In this document: positions 36,572 through 44,420 of the stretch, in pieces
Numbering within the stretch: position 1 is the first letter of the stretch
How the letters are laid out: each line of letters starts with the position of its first letter
Source: Alphaproteobacteria bacterium
Lineage (GTDB): Bacteria; Pseudomonadota; Alphaproteobacteria; Rickettsiales; SXRF01
Reading direction: 5' to 3'
Length of the DNA stretch: 64,000 nucleotides
Assembly (NCBI GenBank): GCA_025360605.1
Contig: JANYBV010000031.1
Span: 3,063 to 67,062 of the forward strand
The notes under the pieces: generated by a model
The model's input: only the letters and a program-made list of their open reading frames with translations
Databases searched by the model: none
Told to the model about the DNA's origin: nothing
Program-made: the position numbers and the translations under genes

Positions 36572-39500
36572 TTATCCCATGACAACACCACCACTTTGGG
36601 CAAGTGGCTTGCCCGTGGTGAAGGATTGTGAAGGCAGGGAGGACAACGAGGCGAAGCTGAGGTTCGGCATTGTAGTCGGGGCGGCGGCAAATTTCATGCT
36701 ATCGCCGGTGCCATTACCCACTTCATTGCTGATTTTGTCTTTAATCCCCGGAGGTATAGGGATGGACATGCCGCCGATATTGGGCTGATTAGGGAATATC
36801 TGATCAAAGTCCCTTCGCACCGCATCTTTAACGGCACCCCTGACAACATTCTTTTTCTCATCTTCACTCAGGTCGGCGAAGCTCTTTTTCTCCGTACCAT
36901 ATTGCCATTTAGGGTCGGCGCAATCGACGATGGCATCGGCAATGGTTTTCTCCAGCACATCCTGCCGGACATTGGCTGCTGTCCACTGATCGACCTTTGC
37001 GGCTCTTTTTTCAGGAGACACGACGTGATCGGTCACATCCATAAAATCATCGGCCAACGGTTTAGCATGCCTGCCGAGCCATTTGCCAAATCTGGTAGGG
37101 ATTTTTTCAGGTGCGAGGCGGCCATGGGCGGCAAGATCTTTCGCCCAGTCTTTAAAGCTTTCAATACCATCATGCGCTTGTTTCTTTGCCATCACTTTGG
37201 CCAGCGCCATGTTTTCGCGTGCTTTCTGGGCTTTTGCTGCTTCATCCACCGGTTTGCCAGACATTTCATCAGTGAAAGCTTTGGCCATACCGTCGGCTAA
37301 TGATTGGCGTGTTCCGGCATCAGGAACCACGTCTTTCAGCTTGTCATCCACTGCCTTACGGATTTCCTCTTCGGTAGGAGGTTTAGCACCTTTAACGACC
37401 AGAGGAGCAATGCCTTCCGCTGCTTTGTCGGCAATGAGTTTGAGTCTGTCTTTTTGTACGCCCATAGTCAGTGATGCCATGCCACGTGTGGTCGGGTCAT
37501 TCAGGCCTGTTTCAATCTTATCGGCGATGAATTTTTGTGCTACTGCCGTCTGTGCTTTGGTGAATTGATCGGCCTTTGCAGGATCTTTTACTTTGCCCTT
37601 GTCATCCAGCAATTTTTTATCAGGAGGCAGTGTCTGATCCACCATCTGTAATGCCACGCCTTCGGCAAGTGCATTGTTCATCTGGGCTTCTTTGCTATCG
37701 GGAGCCAGCCCTTTGTTCAGGCGGTCGGCGATCTGTTTTTTGGCGGCTTCAAATGCCGCTACAGGATCCATGTTCGGATCCTTCAGGGCTAACGTAGCGC
37801 CATCAAACGTAAACACTCCGCTGCCAGTGGCATCGGGAGTGATGACACCGCTACCGATAATTGCTGTAGCCAATTCCTTCAGTTTGTCTTTTTTCTTGTC
37901 ACCTTTAAGGCCAGTCATAGCCTCGAATATTTTGCCTTCAGGGGTCAGGACAGGTTGGGTAGGAGTTGATCCTGTCTGGTCACCAAACTGCGCCAGTAAC
38001 CCTTTCTGGGTCTGCTCATAGGCGGCATATAAAATATTGTCCGGTGACGATACGTCATTGGACGATGGTGGTGGTGATCCGGTCGGACCGCCCGCAGGGC
38101 CAGCAGGACCACCAGCAGGACCCGCAGGGCCTGAAGGGCCGACAGGAACATCTGGTGCCGCCGCTCCGGTTGAAGGAGCTGCTGCACCTGACTGTGCTTT
38201 TTTATCGGCATCAATCATTGCCTGCGTGATGATGCCATCACCCACGATAAGCTTGCGCATTTCCGGTTTTTTGAACAATTCGGTGAAGCCGGTGCTAAGG
38301 GCAGTGACCAATGTAGGGGTAGGATATTCTGCTACCGGCGCCCCCACTTTTTTCAGCATTGCCCGTGATTCTTCAAGGAACTTCGAATCATCAAGCATTT
38401 TTGTGAGAATGGCTTTGGAAAGGTCTTTTTCCTGACCGGCTTCCATCAAGCGCGGGTTTGCAGCTATCACCTGCGTTGCCATCTCAGCAAATTTTGCCTT
38501 TGCCCGTTCGACATAAGGATCGTTCGCTTCAATTTTAACGGGAGGTTTCTGCTTGGCACCAAATTGATTCAATTTAGCAACAAACTGATCACGCATGGTG
38601 CTTGCAACGGCGGCTTTGGTATCTGGGTCTGTGTACGCCATCTTGGTATCAAAGCTACCGTCAATGGCTGCTTGCAGCTTGGTGCTCACGTCAGCGGAAA
38701 CCACAGGTTTATCGGCAATGACCGGAGCAGGAGCCGGAGCGTTCGGAGAACTCCTAGCGGCTTTATTGGCATCACCGAGCATGGTGTAATTGGTTTTGAC
38801 ATACCCATCCATCTGGCCGACGATGGCCTTAATGTGGTCATCGCTCATTTTAAAGGAGAAAAACCCACTTTTGTTGTTTGCGGTTACAAGGGCTTTTTGG
38901 GTTTCTTCCTGCAGCAATTTGCTGAGTTCAGGTTGAGTCAATGTGCTGAGGGGCTTTCCATCTTTCAGCTTATCAAGCAGCACAGGGTCATTGCCATCAT
39001 ATTTGTAATTCGGATTAGCCACCGTCATAGCGACCGCATTGGCCACGGTATCGGTGATTTTTTTTGCATCTTGTGGAGAGGCCTTAAAACCCGCCATTGC
39101 ACGGGCAGTATCGATGAAAGAGCCGGAAGGTTCTGCGCCCACAGTTGCGGTTACCACCTTGCTCAACTGTGTTTGCACGCTGCTCATGATATCGGCTTGT
39201 GCTTTTTCTGAAACAACCCGCGTATACACCTGTCCGGTATCGAGCTTATCCAAAACGTCCTTGTCTTTAGGGCCTTCGGGTTTCACGCCCGCAGCGACCA
39301 GTGCCTTCTCCTTAACACCATCAACCGCAGATTCGATTGCACCAGGGGTCAACCATTTCATAGGTTTCCCATTGGCAATGCTTTGTTCCCTCAACTGGTT
39401 CAGGCCCTCTCTCAGATTACCCCCTGCTGCCTCACCGGTGCGCTCTGCCGCAATTTCCTTGACGCGGCCAAAGAAATCACCAAACCCGATTTTGCCCGAG

Positions 39501-39949
39501 AACAAATCGCCGATGGCTTCAAAGAACGAGGTGATCAGGGTGAATAAGCTGGTACCCATAACGGTGATTGGGCCGGTGGCCTTTTTGACCGAGCGGGCGG
39601 CGATGTTGCCCACTTCATCGAGTTCGTCAAGCGTGGGCACCAATTCGTTAGGTAAGCCACCAAACTGTTCGACGAATTTTTTCTTTTCGTCTTCATCCAT
39701 GCTGCTAGCAAGCTCTTCCAGCGTGATGGGCATGTTTTTGCCATCAGACATACTCAGCGAAATTTGACGATTATGTCCTATGGCTTCATCTGCCATCGCA
39801 AGAAGTTGCTTACTGTTTGGCTCTTTGAAGTTGCGATCTATTTCCCGAATCTTGGCAAGATTTTGCTTAATTAAAACCTTAAGCTTCTTCGCTACTTCTA
39901 GCTTAGCGCTATCTCTTACACCTTGTTTTATCTCTTGCTCGGTTGGCAT
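36572..39949 (-). CDS. giant (1125 aa) Lys/Ala/Asp/Pro-rich hypothetical protein
   Basis: Single 3.4-kb ORF. One hydrophobic segment near residue 140 (GPITVMGTSLFTLITSFFEAIG), a short collagen-like tract, and degenerate 'K.IADK/R' helical repeats. No enzymatic motif. Confidence 0.8.
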   Translation of the reverse strand: MPTEQEIKQGVRDSAKLEVAKKLKVLIKQNLAKIREIDRNFKEPNSKQLLAMADEAIGHNRQISLSMSDGKNMPITLEELASSMDEDEKKKFVEQFGGLPNELVPTLDELDEVGNIAARSVKKATGPITVMGTSLFTLITSFFEAIGDLFSGKIGFGDFFGRVKEIAAERTGEAAGGNLREGLNQLREQSIANGKPMKWLTPGAIESAVDGVKEKALVAAGVKPEGPKDKDVLDKLDTGQVYTRVVSEKAQADIMSSVQTQLSKVVTATVGAEPSGSFIDTARAMAGFKASPQDAKKITDTVANAVAMTVANPNYKYDGNDPVLLDKLKDGKPLSTLTQPELSKLLQEETQKALVTANNKSGFFSFKMSDDHIKAIVGQMDGYVKTNYTMLGDANKAARSSPNAPAPAPVIADKPVVSADVSTKLQAAIDGSFDTKMAYTDPDTKAAVASTMRDQFVAKLNQFGAKQKPPVKIEANDPYVERAKAKFAEMATQVIAANPRLMEAGQEKDLSKAILTKMLDDSKFLEESRAMLKKVGAPVAEYPTPTLVTALSTGFTELFKKPEMRKLIVGDGIITQAMIDADKKAQSGAAAPSTGAAAPDVPVGPSGPAGPAGGPAGPAGGPTGSPPPSSNDVSSPDNILYAAYEQTQKGLLAQFGDQTGSTPTQPVLTPEGKIFEAMTGLKGDKKKDKLKELATAIIGSGVITPDATGSGVFTFDGATLALKDPNMDPVAAFEAAKKQIADRLNKGLAPDSKEAQMNNALAEGVALQMVDQTLPPDKKLLDDKGKVKDPAKADQFTKAQTAVAQKFIADKIETGLNDPTTRGMASLTMGVQKDRLKLIADKAAEGIAPLVVKGAKPPTEEEIRKAVDDKLKDVVPDAGTRQSLADGMAKAFTDEMSGKPVDEAAKAQKARENMALAKVMAKKQAHDGIESFKDWAKDLAAHGRLAPEKIPTRFGKWLGRHAKPLADDFMDVTDHVVSPEKRAAKVDQWTAANVRQDVLEKTIADAIVDCADPKWQYGTEKKSFADLSEDEKKNVVRGAVKDAVRRDFDQIFPNQPNIGGMSIPIPPGIKDKISNEVGNGTGDSMKFAAAPTTMPNLSFASLSSLPSQSFTTGKPLAQSGGVVMG
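38067..38150 (-). repeat. short collagen-like GP(A/S/T) tract inside the giant ORF
   Basis: Encodes 'VGPSGPAGPAGGPAGPAGGPTGSPPPS'. GC-rich triplet periodicity is visible in the DNA. Confidence 0.7.
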
Positions 39950-40409
39950 GGGTGCCTATTGAAATATCTATGACGTTATTATTACACTCGACCATTCTAA
40001 CCCATTCATTTGAGATTATTTGTGAATGTTTTGTGAAAATAGCCGCTTTGGGTAGGAGCGTTGTGTGGGAATAAAAATATATTTTTATATTATTTTATTA
40101 TTATAAATCAATATTTTATTTTTCTATATACGTCAAAAAAAGCCGGTTTTCCATGGCGGAATTGTTTTTTAAATTAACGTTTCTGACACAATCGAATCGT
40201 TTTCGGGGAAAATATGAAATATTTTTGCAAATACGTACTTCCGGAACTTCAGGAATAATGCACCATAGATTTTATAATCAGTTGATTCATCGATTTTTTA
40301 TTGCATAGGCAGGCAATTGGTTTTAACGTCTGGTTAATACAATATCAATGAAGGCCTGCTACGATAAAGGTCTCAAAAAAAGTTCAGGGAATAGGATACG
40401 GGGGATGGT
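39950..40409. promoter_or_regulatory. 460-bp AT-rich divergent control region
   Basis: Lies between the divergent starts 39949 (-) and 40410 (+). Contains a nearly pure A/T block around 40070-40135 and a TAACCCATT motif at 39998-40006. Confidence 0.4.
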
Positions 40410-41204
40410 ATGGCTCAGGCTATGGTAACCAAAGACGAAATTGATGAACGGGTTGAGCGTCTTAATGACAGCAAATGGCAGAGCGACCGTGTTCTCAAAG
40501 ATGACGATTTTCTTCCTATCATTCGTCCAGATGAGCGAATAGCCGATAAGGATCTGCGTGGTGTGCGGATGTCAGCCACGGGTTTCGAGGCTGAAACTGG
40601 TGATACACCAGCGGTGTATTTTGACCTTAGGCATGTGGATTTAAGCGATCACAAAATCTCTGAAGCAAAGCTTGGTCACGTTGAAATAGGGATGGCGGCA
40701 CGTGCCGATTTCAGCAACTCGGATATTGATGATATCCGTCTGACGGGTGACGCAAAACAGGCCCTGTTTATTGGTACGAAAGCCCAGAAAATCTATATCG
40801 ACGATGGGGCGGATGTTCGTGATGCGGTGATGATCGGGCTGGAGACCACGCATTGGGGCGAGATGCAGCGCAAAGCGAAAGGCGTTGCAATTACCACTGC
40901 GGAAGAACTGGAAAATAAAATCGACCGTTTTTCTTCCGAACAACAACTGCAGATGCTGGAAGCTTTCGGTGAAGCCAAAGCCAGAACCGAAGCGGTGATT
41001 GCGGTTATGGAACCCGAGAAAGACACGGATTTTAGTGGTGCGCGTGAACATAAACGTCGGATACGCTTAAAAGAAACGGATAAGCTTGAGGCGTATGAAG
41101 CGGCAATCAAAATCTGTGAAACTGCGTTAGTGCCAGACGGTTTGGGCAATGCTGCCGCCACCGCTCTCAGGTCACTTCCGGTGGATCGTGAACTAAGGAA
41201 ATAA
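40410..41204 (+). CDS. hypothetical 264-aa protein with a short pentapeptide-repeat-like run
   Basis: GGGGGA SD upstream. Consecutive pentads 'FDLRH VDLSD HKISE AKLGH VEIGM', then an acidic helical C-terminal half. Confidence 0.65.
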   Translation: MAQAMVTKDEIDERVERLNDSKWQSDRVLKDDDFLPIIRPDERIADKDLRGVRMSATGFEAETGDTPAVYFDLRHVDLSDHKISEAKLGHVEIGMAARADFSNSDIDDIRLTGDAKQALFIGTKAQKIYIDDGADVRDAVMIGLETTHWGEMQRKAKGVAITTAEELENKIDRFSSEQQLQMLEAFGEAKARTEAVIAVMEPEKDTDFSGAREHKRRIRLKETDKLEAYEAAIKICETALVPDGLGNAAATALRSLPVDRELRK

Positions 41205-41207
41205 GCC

Positions 41208-41492
41208 ATGCAACCGGCCGATCACAACCCATCGTTCAGTGATAGGGTGATTCGTTCGGGAATTTCCTGTATCCATTGGGTGGCGACGCGTGATGGTAAA
41301 AACCGCGAGTGCTATTACTTTATTATGTGTACTCCGCAAAAACTGAAAATGCTCAAGCAAATCAAAGAAGGTATTTTTGCAATCAAGGACTATGGCATTA
41401 TTGTTGCCAGTGGCTTTGGCTCAGTGCCCAGCGACAAGGTGATAGCCATGATGAAGGATAAATACGGCTTCGATTGCACGAAGCTGGAGTAG
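41208..41492 (+). CDS. small hypothetical protein, 'DYG' family paralog 2
   Basis: 94 aa. 'FAIKDYGIIVASGFGSVPSDKV'. AGGAAA SD lies inside the end of the upstream gene, with a 3-nt gap. Confidence 0.6.
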   Translation: MQPADHNPSFSDRVIRSGISCIHWVATRDGKNRECYYFIMCTPQKLKMLKQIKEGIFAIKDYGIIVASGFGSVPSDKVIAMMKDKYGFDCTKLE

Positions 41493-41514
41493 GTCAAACA
41501 GGTGGGGGAGAGAT

Positions 41515-41589
41515 TGGAGCGGGCGAAGGGATTCGAACCCTCGACATCAACCTTGGCAAGGTTGCACTCTTCCCCTGAGTTACGCCCGC
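41515..41589 (-). tRNA. tRNA-Gly (anticodon GCC), CCA encoded
   Basis: The reverse complement GCGGGCGTAACTCAGGGGAAGAGTGCAACCTTGCCAAGGTTGATGTCGAGGGTTCGAATCCCTTCGCCCGCTCCA folds as a cloverleaf: 7-bp acceptor stem, anticodon loop TTGCCAA, T-loop TTCGAAT. Confidence 0.95.
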
Positions 41590-41691
41590 TTCATCACATG
41601 AAATTGTTGGGTAATCAATTTCAAGGAACCGGATGATAGGCATTTTAATCCGCTTTGCAAGTATTTACTTTCGGTGAATGACAGTTCATTG

Positions 41692-41712
41692 CAAAAGCTG
41701 CCGGAAGGGCAG
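41692..41712 (-). terminator. weak terminator hairpin after the DUF1003 gene
   Basis: ctgcc-ggaag-ggcag 5-bp GC stem, followed on the minus strand by CTTTTG. Confidence 0.35.
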
Positions 41713-41727
41713 AAAATCTGCCTATTT

Positions 41728-42207
41728 CTAGGACTTTACTGCTGCTAGTACGTCTTCCACTTCTAGCCCTAGCTTTTCCATCATCGCAGCAAGAAGCGTA
41801 TTTTGGTATTCCAGATGGTGCAAAATGACCTCAATTTCCTCTTCGGCCTTGATGTTGAGATCCAGATCGTTTTCTGCGCGCGCATCGGCATGCTTACCCT
41901 GAATATTCTGCCCGACCATGATCAGAGGCATCAGCATGATCTGGATAAGGTTTGATATAAAAAGCCAGAATACAAAGCCCATCGGCGGGTCAAATTGCAG
42001 GCGGGGAGGAGCCAGCAGGTTCCAACCCAGCCACAACACGGTCCAGACGAAAATAAGGAGGAAAAAGCCAATCGTCCCGACACGGTCAGTGATGGCAAGG
42101 GCAAAGCGGTCAAGCTTACTCATACGTGAATGTAATTCTTTGTTTACATCACGTATTTTTTTACGTCTTTCCTTGAACTCATCGAGCATAATGGGCTTGT
42201 TTTTCAT
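41728..42207 (-). CDS. DUF1003 family membrane protein
   Basis: 'FDPPMGFVFWLFISNLIQIMLMPLIMVGQNIQ' matches the DUF1003 core pattern. 159 aa. Confidence 0.8.
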   Translation of the reverse strand: MKNKPIMLDEFKERRKKIRDVNKELHSRMSKLDRFALAITDRVGTIGFFLLIFVWTVLWLGWNLLAPPRLQFDPPMGFVFWLFISNLIQIMLMPLIMVGQNIQGKHADARAENDLDLNIKAEEEIEVILHHLEYQNTLLAAMMEKLGLEVEDVLAAVKS

Positions 42208-42213
42208 GTGTTT

Positions 42214-42714
42214 TTACTCAAACACATCATTAGGATATACGCCCCAGAGATATTTCTTTTCCATCCAGCCTTTGCGCCCTGACACCTGAATGCGGCACCA
42301 GTCCGGCTGGCATTCCATCAGGCGGGCGGTAACCATGGGTTCGGTTTTGAGTAGTGGCCGCGCATCGGCTTCCGGTTCCATACGTAGGATCACCGGCTGT
42401 TTACCCTTAATCATAATGGAGCGTTTGCCGTCCAACATGGTTTTATGCACCCAGCCAGTGGTTCCCTCAATGTCGCGGATTTTACGCCAAAGATCATATT
42501 CTTCAATGACTTCTATAGGCATTCCGGCGCGGCGGTAAATCCACTGAATGGGGTAGCGCGTGCCGGGGCCGGTGCGTACATTCACCTCGTCATTTTTGAG
42601 CGTGGCAAAGCGCGGCACAGGCAGGCCAGAGCTATTGGCCGCCTGCACTGCACCTGCTTGCATGGTAATGATCAGTACTGTAATGAGTAGCGTCGGGATA
42701 CGTCTTAATAACAT
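42214..42714 (-). CDS. secreted bacterial SH3-domain protein
   Basis: Signal 'MLLRRIPTLLITVLIITMQAGAVQA'. Two SH3b-like segments ('VNVRTGPGTRYPIQWIYRRAGMPIEVIEEYDLWRKIRD.EGTTGWVH'). ATG 42714 chosen over TTG 42750. Confidence 0.75.
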   Translation of the reverse strand: MLLRRIPTLLITVLIITMQAGAVQAANSSGLPVPRFATLKNDEVNVRTGPGTRYPIQWIYRRAGMPIEVIEEYDLWRKIRDIEGTTGWVHKTMLDGKRSIMIKGKQPVILRMEPEADARPLLKTEPMVTARLMECQPDWCRIQVSGRKGWMEKKYLWGVYPNDVFE

Positions 42715-42779
42715 ACCTCCATCACTAAACCGCCCCGCCTTTTCTTGCAAGGGGCTTCATGGGAAAATATCCCGCGTTT

Positions 42780-43559
42780 TCACCCGATATGTTTGAACAT
42801 ATCCTTCAGCATGGTCAGGCGTTCTTCAGAGGTTTTGCCATCAAAAAGCGGTGTAATATGGCCGTTATGGATGGACAGGGAGGTGTTTTTATAATTGGCT
42901 GCTATGATTTGGTCGACCACATGCGCAATCAGGGCAAGGTTCCCCGTCATGTAGGCGCGTGTGTAGGCATCGTTGGTAATAGTTGATTCCTGTCCCATCT
43001 GCTGCATATCAAAACTAGCCATAACGCGTGCATACGACTGTTCGATATCGGTTTTATCCTTGAGGTAGGCATTAATTTTAGCATCGTCTTTCGTGCCTTT
43101 GATCAGCAATGTGCCCTGCGTATCTGTGGTTAGTGTGTAATCAGAGCCAACATTGAAGCCTTGTTGTTGCATGGTTTGTTCAAACAGAGTTTTAAATTCC
43201 GCCCCTGCCGCCGCTGCGGCAACTCCTTGATCTTCAGATAGATAGCCGCCAGCACGTTTGACGTATCCTTCTGCTGACAAACCAATCGTTTCGTCATAGG
43301 CAAGGTTGAACGCACTGAATTTTTCCAGCTGGGCGGCATCGTCTGTCGTGGTTCCCGCCGTCGGGGCAATCGTGCCTACTTTTCCCCATTCGCTATCTGC
43401 AGGTATATTTGCGGACTTCATCATTGATGCAAAGGAATGGCGTGCAATGTCGCCGCTATGGCCCGAGGAAAATTCATCAATCACGTCTTTTGCCTGACTT
43501 TGCAAGGCGTTACTGCCAGCGGAAGATAGTGTGGTGAGAAAGGTAGGGACGTATGTCAT
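42780..43559 (-). CDS. hypothetical 259-aa protein
   Basis: ATG 43559 lies 8 nt after AAAGGAG. The track start is 43607. No recognisable domain. Confidence 0.6.
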   Translation of the reverse strand: MTYVPTFLTTLSSAGSNALQSQAKDVIDEFSSGHSGDIARHSFASMMKSANIPADSEWGKVGTIAPTAGTTTDDAAQLEKFSAFNLAYDETIGLSAEGYVKRAGGYLSEDQGVAAAAAGAEFKTLFEQTMQQQGFNVGSDYTLTTDTQGTLLIKGTKDDAKINAYLKDKTDIEQSYARVMASFDMQQMGQESTITNDAYTRAYMTGNLALIAHVVDQIIAANYKNTSLSIHNGHITPLFDGKTSEERLTMLKDMFKHIG

Positions 43560-43628
43560 AGGTCTGGCTCCTTTTTCTACGTGAATAACCAGAGGGTTAT
43601 CAGGCAATAATCGTGCCGCTAATGACGA

Positions 43629-44420
43629 TTATGCAGGGGAGCTACAGAGTGGGCAGTGCGGGTCGCGTGGCAGTTGAATCCGGCGTATGTCCATAGTCAG
43701 GGCATCGATGGCGACCAGCGAGCCGGAAAGGGACGTGCCGATGCCTAGTAGCTCTTTGATGGCTTCGAGTGCCTGCATGCTGCCCATCATGCCTGCCAGT
43801 GGCCCGATAATGCCTTCCTGTGCGCAACTGACTTCCTGTTCGGGCAGCTGGGGAACCAGACAGCAGTAACAGGGGTGGGGGGCGCCAAGATAGGCTTTAA
43901 AGGTGGAAAGCTGGGCGCTGAATCCACTGATCGCCGCCGAGACAAGAGGTATTCGAGCGTGATAACATACCTCATTAATGGTAAAACGAGTGCTAAAATT
44001 ATCGCAGCCATCGACCACGAGGTCAAACCCATTACTTATTGATTTCCCATTATCCTTGGTAAATTCTGTCTGGAATAATTCCACAGTGCAATCGGGGTTT
44101 ATTTCCTCGATGCGGTCACGGGCGGCATCGCACTTACTGCGTCCGATATCGCCCGTTTCAAACAGAATCTGGCGTTGCAGGTTGGAGAGTTCGACGCGGT
44201 CGGGTTCAACAATGCCAATGCGGCCGATGCCACTGGCGGCCATATAGGCCAGCACGCCACTGCCCAATCCGCCGGCACCAATGACCAGAACCGATGAGTT
44301 CAGCAGCGTCTGCTGGCCGGACTCACCGATGTCTGGCAGAACGATATGGCGGGCATATCGCCGTAGCGCATTGGTATTTAATGGTGAATTTATTTTTTGG
44401 GGTTGCACCTTATTCTGCAA
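43629..44420 (-). CDS. ThiF/MoeB/HesA-family adenylyltransferase (E1-like)
   Basis: 'VIGAGGLGS' nucleotide loop and two CxxC pairs ('CYCC', 'CPLC'). Start uncertain (TTG 44420 or GTG 44408). Confidence 0.85.
   Translation of the reverse strand: MQNKVQPQKINSPLNTNALRRYARHIVLPDIGESGQQTLLNSSVLVIGAGGLGSGVLAYMAASGIGRIGIVEPDRVELSNLQRQILFETGDIGRSKCDAARDRIEEINPDCTVELFQTEFTKDNGKSISNGFDLVVDGCDNFSTRFTINEVCYHARIPLVSAAISGFSAQLSTFKAYLGAPHPCYCCLVPQLPEQEVSCAQEGIIGPLAGMMGSMQALEAIKELLGIGTSLSGSLVAIDALTMDIRRIQLPRDPHCPLCSSPA

Noticed and set aside
26019-41589. Classical integrative island or prophage at tRNA-Gly.
   Set aside because: I could recognise no integrase, excisionase, transposase or phage structural genes, and no direct repeat of the tRNA 3' end. 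It is kept only as an 'accessory block' hypothesis.
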